From: Lingula anatina
Lineage: Eukaryota; Animalia; Brachiopoda
NCBI GenBank assembly: GCA_051362555.1
Contig: CM120640.1
Coordinates: 59,188,788-59,252,787, forward strand
Direction: 5' to 3'
Length of the DNA: 64,000 nucleotides
A model generated the notes under the pieces. It worked only from the letters and a program-made list of their open reading frames with translations, ran no database searches and was not told the DNA's origin. A program made the translations under genes and the position numbers. Below are positions 14,501-25,871 of this stretch, in pieces (within the stretch, counting starts at the first letter, position 1; each line of letters opens with the position of its first letter).

Positions 14501-17490
14501 CACCAAAAGTGTCCACACTTTTCAGCTTAAAACCTGTCACTACTGACCAGCGGTGATCACTCAGCTGTAGCTGCAGCTCAAATTGCTTGTGACCAATTAG
14601 GGCAATTATGGCTGTATGTTAATCTAATGACCTGGAAACAAACCCAAATTGGCGACCGCACAAGCACATGGCTGGGATGGCTTCCGTGCAGATCAAGCAC
14701 TATAAATATTGCGCATCAAATAAACTATACTTCGCATGGTTTAATTTTCATGATTTTTTTACATAATATTGCAAATTTCATAAACTTTATGCGATATAAA
14801 TTTTAAAAAACTGAAACCAGTACTTCCCTGACATTTTTGAGCATTTTGTCGAGGCAAAACTTCAAACACCCTGAACTGAAACTTCTCAAAGACTGCAACA
14901 CGGGAAAATCACGTGACCGGATTTTACTCTTTGATTTACAGCTTATTTAGTTAATGGCTTGTATTAGTTTTTTTACGCGGCGCTAAAAGAGAGATTTAAA
15001 AAAGGGGTGCCATAGGCGAGCTGTCAGCAGGCCGACTTCAGTTTTACACTTCACTGCCACTGGACAGTTACGACTGTAGCGCCCCTAGCGGATTGTGATA
15101 TACCTATCATTAGTCCGAAGGTTCTATAGTGAACATTCGGACCAATAAACCGTCGGACTATTGAATCTTCGGACTATTGCTACGGCCCCGCAAAATTACT
15201 AAATTCAATTTTCAGTGCCCTAGACTGTTTGATGATTCTCATATAAAATTTTTTAAACATAAAGACTTTTGTATTTATATTAAATTATATATTTGCTTTA
15301 CAGGAAGTTCAGGTCGAATTTGAAGCTCGTAATGCTGAAGACAGTGATTTCCATGGGATACGACAGCTTTTGCAACAGGTATTAAATAAACCGTATAATG
15401 GAACAATAAGTGTTATAGTAGCATTATTTTATTTTAAATGTAGCCTTAACACTTAAGAAGACAAACTGGTATTTTCACTCTGTTTATCTGCAGATACCAA
15501 AAACAGTATACCATTGTTTCATTTTATAATGCGAAAGACTGTTTTTGTATTTCAGGTGTATCTGAAAGCAAACAGCAATCTTGCAGAATTTGCTGGTATT
15601 TTCACTCTTTTTTTTCTGCAGATACTTAAAGCTGCAGTACACCATTGCTTCACTTTGTAATGCATAATATTTTGTTTCTATATACAGGTGTATCTAAAAG
15701 CAAACATCAATCTCTCAGAATTGGCTGATATGATCATTGCACAGAATTATGTTGGAAGTGTAATAAAGGTGAGTGCTTACTAAAAGAGCATTTTTACTAA
15801 GCAACAGCTTGAAAATTAGCATTGTCATATTTAACTTTCTAAAATTAATTATGACTGTATACTTAAAAATAGTGAAAAAAGTAAAACTTCAATTGAGAAA
15901 CACAAAACAAATGTTTTTGCACAGGAAATATATGTACATGTTTATATACTTTTAGCAAGTAGACGTACCAGAGGAAGATGACAGTGACAGTGATGATGGG
16001 GATGATGTATTTGGGGTTATTTCAGCAATCAACCTGACTGAGAAAAAGGTGATATTTTCTGATACATATTTGAATAGACCTTTATTATTATTCTTTTGGC
16101 CGTAGGTGTGTTTCATTGTAAATCAGGCTTTGCCATTTCCATTCTTATTTATATAGAATATGCTCAGTTTTAATAATAACGATGCAAATTGTATACATTT
16201 CTTTCATGTTACCCATCAATAAATTTCATGCCAATTTCATTGCCATAATTTTAATCACTGAAATCACTATGTCTTAGGATGCTGAGAGTGTGCGGCAGCT
16301 CCACTCCTACCTCCTTGGAAAGTGTCAGGCATGTGAACAGAAACAGCAGCAGTACTTCAAAGCTCTCTTAGAGGACCCTAACAAACAAGTGGGCTACCTA
16401 GTTAATGAGAGACTGATCAATATACCACCACAGATAGCTACACCAATGTTCCAAAGTTTAAAGTATGTAACACTAGTAATCATTCAATATGGGTCCAGTT
16501 ATATATGGACAGCTCACAATGTCATTTTGGTTAGTTGGGTGTGAAATGTGAAATTAATTTTTAGCAAACAAAATCACATGTTGCGAAGTTAATTGTTAAT
16601 GTATGTTAAAAAACCTGTCCAAGGCTTTAATTATTACATATTAGTGTTTGCATGTGTGTGTGTGTGGGGGTGGGGGGGTGGGGGGGGGGGGTAATTTGGT
16701 TGATGTTAATTCAAATAATAACAGAGCTCTAGTGATATCCACTAACAGAGCTCTGGTGTTAATCATAATAAAATTTTTCAAATGTTTGTCTTGCTGAAAC
16801 ACGAGTCTCAGTTATGTGCATGGTTTGAATTTTCCAGAAAAGAAATGGAGAGAGCTGTAAAGAAGAAAATGAAATACAGTTTTGATTACTTTTTGATGGT
16901 AGCAAAGACATACAAAACCAAGCCTTCAAATCAGAAGAAAAAAGGCAAAAATAAAACACAAACACCAGATGAAATAACATTTCTTAATCCAGAGGAAGAA
17001 TTGTTTAGTGAGGTAAATTTTTTTTACAAAAAATTAAAAAATTAAATTAAATTAAATTAAATTAAGGGAAATTTTAAGTGTTGCTGGTGGTGGAAAAGGA
17101 ATAAGAATGCATATTTGTTTTGGGTTAAGGCCAGGATATAGCGTTTATTTTAAAATATTATGATTGTCAGTTCATTCAGATAGAAGATACCCATGTCAAA
17201 AGAGCTGTTATATAATATTTATCACCATATTAGGAGAAAAAGTATTTCTGATGGCAACAGTGTCATGCCAACTCATGTTACAGTAATAATTGTTGTTTTG
17301 TTGACTTTACTTCCAGGAGTCTGTGTTGTCATTTGACTACTCTGTGGCCAGTGAGCGTGATGGTGTGGTAGGTGGACAGTGGGATGATGAAGAGGAAGAG
17401 TTTGAACCATTCCGACGAGTTATGATCATAGCAGGGGACAAGCTGGATTCCTTAATCATCAAAGTACAGCAGACTTTTGGGGGAAGTTGA
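11557..17490 (+). CDS. BCCIP: BCCIP/Bcp1 homolog, 7 exons
   Basis: Exons 11557-11712, 15304-15378, 15688-15768, 15956-16048, 16278-16462, 16838-17012, 17317-17490 (TGA). Acidic N-terminus followed by EVQVEFEA..DFHGIRQLLQQ, ELADMIIAQNYVGSVIK, DVFGVISAINL, VGYLVNERLINIPPQIA, FLNPEEELF, all BCCIP-family motifs. Confidence 0.95.
11891..15189. mobile_element. Short MITE with GTCCGAAG subterminal repeats, split by a nested 3.1-kb element
   Basis: Left end GGGGGCGTCTCGATAGTCCGAAG...GGTCCGAAGG and right end CTTCGGACTATTGCTACGGCCCC are imperfect inverted repeats. No clear TSD. Confidence 0.6.
11989..15106. mobile_element. 3.1-kb non-autonomous DNA transposon with 7-bp TSD (hATw-like) in BCCIP intron 1
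   Basis: 11-bp TIR TAGGTATATCA / TGATATACCTA, 7-bp TSD TCATTAG (11982-11988 and 15107-15113), repeated TGAAATTTGG subterminal motif. No transposase ORF recognised. Confidence 0.75.
15466..15727 (+). repeat. ~130-bp tandem duplication of the BCCIP intron 2 acceptor plus the start of exon 3
   Basis: CTGGTATTTTCACTC...CTGCAGATAC...CAG|GTGTATCTRAAAGCAAACA occurs twice, with acceptors at 15555 and 15687. Confidence 0.85.
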
Positions 17491-17989
17491 AGCTGAGGAT
17501 TTATATGAGAATAATTCAATTTTAAGCTAATCAGTTTCATGTTAAGCTGTTGTTTGCTTTAATTGTATGTTCATGACATTCATACATATATACCAATGGC
17601 TAACTTGTATCACCGAAGTTAAAGAACTGGTGCAAATACCTGAAGTGTAATATCATGGGATAAAGGAAATAATTTAATATGCTATAGGAAAAATCAGTTT
17701 GTATAATTACTATGGATTGCATTAGTAGTAATGTAGTTGCATGTGTAAGCTGATAAAAAAGCAGGATCATGTTCTTGAACTTGAGGAAAATTAGAGTTTA
17801 TTTTGTCCAAATGTTTTACAATTCCACGTGGAAAACTAGCTGGTATTCTCAAGGCTATTGAAAAGTTTTTAACTAAAAAATGCTATCCAAAGTGAATTTT
17901 GGATGCATATTAGGCCATAGTATGGGACCTTATCCACCAATGATTATATCTGCTCAGCAAGATACACAATGGTCTATCTTCTGATGCCT

Positions 17990-18360
17990 TTTTTTTTAAA
18001 TTTAAGCACTAACAGAGCTCTGTAGAGCATTTCCTCCAGAGTAGGAATGGGAATGTCTTCCCTTTTCACAGCCGTGTTGGCAACACACATGTCTACACTA
18101 AGTCTAATGTCATTCTCTCCTTCAGGGACAAGTACCACAGGTGATACCCATGATGACGAACCTGTCGCTTTCCCAGTTATGTCACAGTTTTCTAGTTCAT
18201 CCAAATTCTTTTCAAATCGCTCACAAAGAGCAAAAGGAATTCTTCGCAGCTGCTGTGCCACTGGTGTAACACTCTCGTCAATGGGAATTTCAATTTTTCA
18301 ATTCTTCAATTTTTCCAGTTCTTCAAAAAAGCATTTGTATAGATTGGAGAATAACTGCAT
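17990..18360 (-). pseudogene. Degenerate Ty3/Gypsy pol (RT N-terminus) fragment
   Basis: IPIDESVTPVAQQLRRIPF...LDELE...SSWVSPVVLVP...DIRLSVDM..ANTAVKRE..PIPTLEE; in-frame stop upstream. Confidence 0.85.
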
Positions 18361-18369
18361 TTGCTTTGT

Positions 18370-18660
18370 CTTCAAGTGATATGGGCAGTTTTTCTCTAGT
18401 GAGAACTTGAGGCAACTGTATTCTGCAGTTTTCTTCTAAGACTGCTGGTTGTTTTTCATTGCGTAAAGTGGTCAGTGTAGTGTTGTTTCACTTCCTGACT
18501 CTCCTAGCTTCTCCATTAACTCGGTGCAAAAGGTGGTGTTTAACCCACCATCCAATAGAGCATGTGTCAGCACTTGTTTCCTCCCATGCACATACTTAAC
18601 CTTGACTGGTACTATGAGAAGGCCTACTGTAGTTTCTTCATTTCCTACATGCAGTTGTCT
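18370..18660 (-). pseudogene. BEL/Pao aspartic-protease region fragment
   Basis: IVPVKVK...THALLDGGLNTTFCTELMEKLG followed by IQLPQVLTREKLPISLED, resembling the Pao DUF1758 peptidase; frameshifted. Confidence 0.75.
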
Positions 18661-18819
18661 ATGCATCTCCTGTTTTATAAAAATATGAGACACAAGGTTC
18701 AAAACAAGGGACACATCATGAATGACATTTTTTATTTCCATAAAACAAGTTTTATTTCTTAAAAAAAATTGCACCCTAGTCAAAATCCTGAGAAGGGGTC
18801 CATTTAGTTTTGTGGTTAT

Positions 18820-19000
18820 CAACATTTGTAAATTTTAACTGATCAGTCTATTTCTGAGACTGCTTTTGATTATATTTTGGGCACTGAAGCCACGTTCTAC
18901 ATCTGCAGTATGAACTGGGAGGGCAAGTGCTATGCCAGCCAATTTGCACAAGTTAGGGAAATCGTCCTCATGAAATAAGTAGATTATTGCCCAGAGTTCT
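18820..19000 (-). pseudogene. hAT transposase C-terminal dimerisation-domain fragment (family 1)
   Basis: Manual translation EDDFPNLCKLAGIALALPVHTADVERGFSAQNIIKSSLRNRL; not in the ORF track. Confidence 0.8.
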
Positions 19001-19001
19001 T

Positions 19002-19145
19002 TCATACTGTCACCTGTTTCTGTTTCATCGAGGTGAGAGCAGAGAGCCTGGTGTTGGTCATTCTATTCCTCATGTGTGTCTTTAACAATCTCAACACAGA
19101 GATAGATCTTTCTGCTTCAGTAGAAGTTATAGGTAATGTGCGCCC
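19002..19145 (-). pseudogene. hAT transposase dimerisation-domain fragment (family 2)
   Basis: TLPITSTEAERSISVLRLLKTHMRNRMTNTRLSAL. Confidence 0.8.
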
Positions 19146-20322
19146 CATAGGTGACTCTGGCTTCATAGTGACATGCGTTCCACAGCAATTTACACACCAT
19201 CCATGGGGACTTGGGCCAGACAACTCTTTGAGAATACTTTCAGGCTCTAACAAAACTTTGTATTCCTTTATTAGTAAAGTATGCCAAACATGACAAAAGT
19301 CAAACAACACTGATTCAACAGCATCATTCAACATCAGCATTATTTGTCAATTGCTGAGATCAGCAGAAGCAAGAGGTCATTTTTAGTGTGTTTTTTTAGG
19401 AACTCAAGAGGGGAGTTAAGACCCACCCTCTACCAAATCCACCACTGAGGTGATAAGCGGATATGCTGTCGCCTTTTGACAACATAAGCAAAACATACTA
19501 TAAGGGTAAAGTGAAAATTTAAGAAAAAATACTTCAAAATGTACTAGCATTATGTTGTTGACATCCAGACATATAAAAACATTGTAGATAATTTGTTTAT
19601 TGAAGCCATCTTAATTTGACACTTTGCCAAATACAGTTTTTCCCGTGACACAGTTGTCCACTATAGATGAACTATGTTTTCTGAATATTGTCCCCTTGGA
19701 AATATCTATTATAATAGCTTTTACAGATTTCTGCCAAAGACACCAGTGACGTAGTGAACTGCATTCAGTATAAGACACCTGTAGGTCCTAAGCGAAGTCT
19801 GAGCAAACTTACTGCCAAATTATGAAAGTGGACACCTTCCAGACCTTCACACAACATCTGACAGCACTGACAGACAATAAGTCAATTTTCATATCTATAG
19901 CGGGAGATCATTGGCACTCTGAATGAGATGAGAAACCAATTTTCATGTTCGTTCAGGAAACTTTGTTAGCAAAAAATTGTCAGCAGGAGATTGTTCGTGG
20001 TCTGAGGGAGACGAGATGACAATTTTCATGATCCTAACGAGTGATCCTTGCGAGTGGGGGTCTGAATGGCAGGTGGAGGGGGGACGGAATGCTCTTCCTC
20101 ATCACTAGCCTTTCCCATCTGGAAGAAACATTCATTATCATCCTCCTGAAATTTACACATTATATTCTGTTTTTTTTACTCCCTCATGTCTCGTCTTTAC
20201 AATTACATGTATGATGGAAAATGATTTCTTATTTGAGGTCTGACATTTTCTTGACACATTAGGTTCAAAATTGTTTTCCTCAACCTACATCACATATGTT
20301 GAAATGGATTTTAAAAAATGGT

Positions 20323-20690
20323 TCATAACACATCAAGGAAATAAACCAATTCTTGATTAACTATTACCCATTCACAATTATGTGGCCTCTCATAATTGTC
20401 CTGTTTTTTCAGGAGGAGATCTCTTGGTAACTGCTTGGTAAAGTGCTTATTAATAATGCCCGCTATGTTCTTAACATGGGCATTTAAAAAATATGCAGTG
20501 GAAAAATGTGAAGTAAATATGTTTGGTGTACTTACGGTTTGAATCCAGCTCTTTTGACAGGCCTGCCAACAGGTTATCCTTATGCACCTGGTTTGGGTAA
20601 TTTGGGTGTGGTTTGTTATAAAAACAATCATTTGCAAAGAATTCCACCAACTTAACCTCCTTACTTGCACTAAAAGAATACGAAACTTGC
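20323..20690 (-). pseudogene. Possible DIRS/Ngaro ORF1 (gag-like) fragment
   Basis: DNLLAGLSKELDS...NIAGIINKHF...KKQDNYERPHNCEWVIVNQEL resembles the 'Y.RP.NC....VN.EIW' motif I associate with invertebrate DIRS ORF1; frameshifted. Confidence 0.45.
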
Positions 20691-21778
20691 TTGTTCTGCA
20701 CAACCTGTTCCATTAATCCCTGAAATATGCCTGGGGCTGACGCAATTCCATAACAAAGTCGGGTGTAGGCGAAGAGTCCTTTGGTAGTGTTAATGGTAGT
20801 CAACAGCTGAGAGTCCGGGTGAAGGCAAATTTGCTGGTAGGCATGACTCAGGTCAAGCTTTGAGTAGTACTGACCCCCAGATAGACTGGCATACAAGTTG
20901 TCAATACTGGGAATTTGATATCCACTCGGGATGCTGTGTTAACGGTCAGCTTATAATCACCACAAATGCGAATTTCTCCATTGGGTTTCAAGACCGGAAC
21001 AATGGGTGTGGCCCAGTCAGAGTGTTGTACTGGACATAAAACTCCATCAGCCACAAGGCGTTCAAGCTCAGCCTCCACCTTGCCTTTCATAGCCAGTGGG
21101 ACTGGACGTGGGCTACAGTATACAGGAACAGCGTTTTCATCAACATGTTATTTGGCATCCATGTTATTTAACTTCCCAAGTCCATCACTGAAGAGTTGTG
21201 GGAATTTTGCGGTGCAGTCTTCTGTGGACACCATGAATATAGGTGACCAATGCAAGGCAATAGCTTGTATCCAGTCACGCCCCAACAGATTGGGACCAGA
21301 TCCTTGTACCACATAGCAGGGCAGGCTGTATGTATTCCCTTCATAGCTGACGGGTACTATGACTTGGCCCAGTGGTTTGATGATACCACCTGAATAGGTC
21401 ACTAAATTGGTAGCGTTATCCTTCTGCATTTTATTCAAGAGTGGAGCACAGTTGATGGTCATAGTCTGAGCATTACTTGAACTAAGGATAGTTACTGAAG
21501 CACCGGTGTCAATCTGTAGCTCTGATGGCGAGTCTCCGATGACAAACTTGCAAGTATAGGGTGGTGTGCTAAGTTTGGTTTTGTTTGTTGAGTATAAAAA
21601 CTAGTAGATCGGGGTCTCAGGAACAGATGTGGCCTGCGGTTGATGAGGGAGTGTCTCTAGCTGAGGATTAGCTTGGGCTTGTAGTGTGCCATCCGACTGT
21701 ACATAGTTATTGGTGAGTAACAGTGCTCTACATACCCTTTTGAAATAATTACTCTTGTTGCAGTGGCGACACTGTTGA
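20690..21778 (-). pseudogene. Degenerate Ty3/Gypsy gag-pol fragment (zinc knuckle, protease, RT)
   Basis: CRHCNKSNYFKRVC, IDTGASVTIL, GPNLLGRDW, SDWATPIVPVLKPNGEIRICGDYKLTVN, YYSKLDLSHAYQQ, TTINTTKGLFAYTRLCYGIASAPGIFQ; several frameshifts and stops. Confidence 0.92.
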
Positions 21779-24385
21779 CAGGGTTCATACAGATGATTTG
21801 AAATGAAATTCAAGGACTTTTCAAGGACTTTCCAGGGTCATATATTCAAAATTCAAGGACTAATTTACACTGAAATTGTTAGTTATATATTCAATTTTCA
21901 TGAAACAATACATTAAGTAAAATTGTGGTATTTCATATTGTTAAATAACATTCAAACAAAACAATTCATATCTTGAAACATTTTATTGATACACTATTCA
22001 TTGTCAATATTTCACGTAATTCATATAGTCCGTACCACCCTGTATATGCATTTGTTTTTTTACATATTTTTCATCTCAATTATTTTGTTTTCCAATTCTT
22101 TTTCTATTTCTTTTAAAGTTTCCTTTTTTTCTGAGGCAGATCTCCTGAGGCTGTTTGACTTAGAAATCATTGACAGGCTGCTGCACGTCTCAGCCTTCTG
22201 TGCATATTTGTCTGCAGACTTAAGCAATTCACAAATGTCATCTTCCATGCGTTTTTTCTTTTTTTTAATTTCATCAATGTCTTCCATTACAGACTTTCTT
22301 TTCTTTTTTTTGCCGTCCTCTTCAGCTTGCTTTCTTTTTCCCTCTAAGTAATTCTGATATCTTTGTCTAGCACTCCCTGCAGACAACAGTAAGGCTGTTG
22401 TAACTGGGACATTGCTTAATCCTCCTAATGAATGGACATGGCCGCATATCACTCTAAGTGAAACATAGCTCTCTTCTTTAAGATTTTCAGTCTCTATTGT
22501 TCTATTGACCGAAAAGCCCCTTTCATAACACTTGCTTGTCCATGAGACAAAAGCAACAACACCTTGACCACACCCCACAGTTTATTGTAGCTGTCAGAGG
22601 ATGCCATCATTTCATACAAGAGTTAGTCAACTCTATCACTAACTGGATCAAAGTCCTTAAATCGTGAGATAGATCTAGGCACAACATCTTGTAAAAACTG
22701 CACATACTGGTATATTATGTCATCACAGTCATTTTCACTAATGCGCTTGCCTTCAACAAGGAGAGTAAGTAGTCTTGTCATTTTCTTCTTCATCTCCTCA
22801 ATAAGACTTATTCAGTTCCTCAATTTCCTCGAAAGTGTCCATTCTTTTTCTCTTTTCCGTCTCAGATTTTTTCTCTCTCTCTTTTTATCCAAATAAACCT
22901 CATATTTTTGCCTGGAAGAGGCTGCAGATGCAAGAACTGCATTTGTAATAGGTACTTGTAGGATCCCACCCATCGCTTTAACATGATCACACACTATTCT
23001 CTGTGCAACAAGTCTTTCATCTCCTAAATTTTCAACCTCTATTTCTTTATTGACAGAAAACCCCCTTTCAACATTTGCCTAGCCATGTGACAGAACCAGA
23101 AGTAATTTGCACACTTCAAGCAATTTGGAGTAAGAATCATCATTTAATACATGTACTTAAAAATTCATCAAGCCTGTTGGTTTTCTGGTTGAATGTAGAA
23201 AACTTATCTGTAACCCACACTGGGATATTATCTACAAATCTATCAAACTGACCCATAATTGTGTTTTTTCTTTTTTTTAATTTCATCAATGTCTTCCATT
23301 ACAGACTTTCTTTTCTTTTTTTTGCCGTCCTCTTCAGCTTGCTTTCTTTTTCCCTCTAAGTAATTCTGATATCTTTGTCTAGCACTCCCTGCAGACAACA
23401 GTAAGGCTGTTTTAACTGGGACATTGCTTAATCCTCCTAATGAATGGACATGGCCGCATATCACTCTAAGTGAAACATAGCTCTCTTCTTTAAGATTTTC
23501 AGTCTCTATTGTTCTATTGACCGAAAAGCCCCTTTCATAACACTTGCTTGTCCATGAGACAAAAGCAACAACACCTTGACCACACCCCACAGTTTATTGT
23601 AGCTGTCAGAGGATGCCATCATTTCATACAAGAGTTAGTCAACTCTATCACTAACTGGATCAAAGTCCTTAAATCGTGAGATAGATCTAGGCACAACATC
23701 TTGTAAAAACTGCACATACTGGTATATTATGTCATCACAGTCATTTTCACTAATGCGCTTGCCTTCAACAAGGAGAGTAAGTAGTCTTGTCATTTTCTTC
23801 TTCATCTCCTCAATAAGACTTATTCAGTTCCTCAATTTCCTCGAAAGTGTCCATTCTTTTTCTCTTTTCCGTCTCAGATTTTTTCTCTCTCTCTTTTTAT
23901 CCAAATAAACCTCATATTTTTGCCTGGAAGAGGCTGCAGATGCAAGAACTGCATTTGTAATAGGTACTTGTAGGATCCCACCCATCGCTTTAACATGATC
24001 ACACACTATTCTCTGTGCAACAAGTCTTTCATCTCCTAAATTTTCAACCTCTATTTCTTTATTGACAGAAAACCCCCTTTCAACATTTGCCTAGCCATGT
24101 GACAGAACCAGAAGTAATTTGCACACTTCAAGCAATTTGGAGTAAGAATCATCATTTAATACATGTACTTAAAAATTCATCAAGCCTGTTGGTTTTCTGG
24201 TTGAATGTAGAAAACTTATCTGTAACCCACACTGGGATATTATCTACAAATCTATCAAACTGACCCATAATTGTGTCACTATCATTTGCATCTATTCTGT
24301 TTGCACTTGCTAACAGGTTCAGAACTTTCTTAAATTTGATTCTGCATGCATCTGGATCAGCTGCCATTTCCCTCGCAGTGATGCA
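21779..24385 (-). mobile_element. hAT-like transposon 3' remnant: two paralogous transposase C-termini (A,B) arranged A-B-A-B
   Basis: Terminus CAGGGTTCATAC with TTCAAGGACT subterminal repeats at 21779. Peptides LLVLSHG*ANVERGFSVNKE...GGILQVPIT (A) and LLLLSHGQASV/ERGFSVNR...GGLSNVPVT (B); stops and frameshifts. Confidence 0.75.
22251..24274. repeat. Near-identical 1012-bp tandem duplication
   Basis: ORFs 22812-22994 and 23824-24006 are identical and offset by 1012 bp; junction at ~23262. Confidence 0.9.
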
Positions 24386-25871
24386 TCCAGGATTTCCAAA
24401 ATATGGGGCATATGCCCCCCTAATCTGGCAAAAAGGGGGCATGAGAAGTTGAGAAGGGGGCATTACAAAAAGTATGGTTAAATGGCCATTTTGTTTATGT
24501 TTAAGCCATTAATTCTTAATCACTCATAAGCTTGCAAATGGTTCCCAGATAATTGGCTTAGAACATGTATCAAACCATCTATTATTCAAATGATTATATT
24601 TAGGTCCAAGCTTCTCTCAAAATGGAAAGAGCTGGAAATCAAGATATGCATTTGAATAAACATATGGTTAAATAAAGTTTCAAATGAAAACTTACTTTCA
24701 CTGTCTGTATCCTGATTGTTGTTTTGTGCATGGTGAAGCTGTGATAGGGATTTCACAAAATTCAGAAACCATTTTCATCAGATATATGCCCTAAACTTCC
24801 CAGTAAATGACCAGATTCCAAAATGCTCCCTTTTGGTGTGGATATACTCAACAAAGTGTTTTATGTAACACAATGTGCCTTTTGTCCTTAAGAATTTTGC
24901 TACAAACATTGCATTTCATGCTGATGGATTTTATGTTGGTATCTATTAAAGTAATTTTTAAAATCCTGTCACAATAGTACATGGATAGAAAGCCTGGTAC
25001 TTACAGAATTAAGAGGTAATAATTTATGTGACACACTTAGAGATGTTATGTGACTGTGGGGGATATATGCTTTCCTTAGTTTTAGGGGGTCTTTCGGTGA
25101 ATTGTAACTACATTCTCTTGGTATACATGTAAAATAATACACTCTGTACTGATATGTGCCTTAAGACCCCTTGCAGACACCCAAGGTTTTCTGGCATACA
25201 ACACTCAGGCCACAGTGCATTATCTGGAACATAATCTACATCTTTCCTTTATCTTCAGGAAGGGGGGATGCGTATTTAAAGAATTTGGTTTTGCTTCTAA
25301 CTTTAAACAAAAATCTGACATGGATTCTCAGACTCCTTTGTCAGTACTGAGTAAGTAAATAATATATTTACGTTATAAAAGTGAACTACATTTAATACTG
25401 AAAGGAGATACTACTATTTATTTCACTTGGTCTTATTCTTTAAACCAAATCTGTTTGATATCTTTCCACCACTTTTGTTAAAGCTTTGGACATATCCCTT
25501 CTTAGAAAAATCAGAATACCATACTAAGTCCCCTGCATCATTTTCTCAGTTGTTAACAGTTTATACTTGGTATATAATCTTTTATTCCTTCAATAAACAA
25601 TTTGAAATAAGGAGTAATAAAGAATGTATATCATGTTAAAAACAGTCCCTGGGTATTTTGTGTTTATTGTACATGTATATTTCTCTTGAAGTTGAATTAA
25701 ATAAACTTGACATATTTTTCAGTATCTTCATTGCTTTTCCTTGTTGTTTATATTATCAATAAATACATATTTACATTATTTTACAAGAGGAAAAATTTTC
25801 CACATTACACTGCAGTATTTTCTGCAAATGAAATTGCACAGATTTAGTCCTTTCTGTGATGTTACTGATAA

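Noticed and set aside
15078-15091. GCGCCCCTAGCGG as a CTCF site
   Set aside because: One base short of the core consensus spacing and inside a transposon terminus.
24390-25870. Possible extra gene between the TE patchwork and the DDX56 3' end
   Set aside because: Only short AT-rich ORFs and isolated splice-like sites, with no coherent reading frame.
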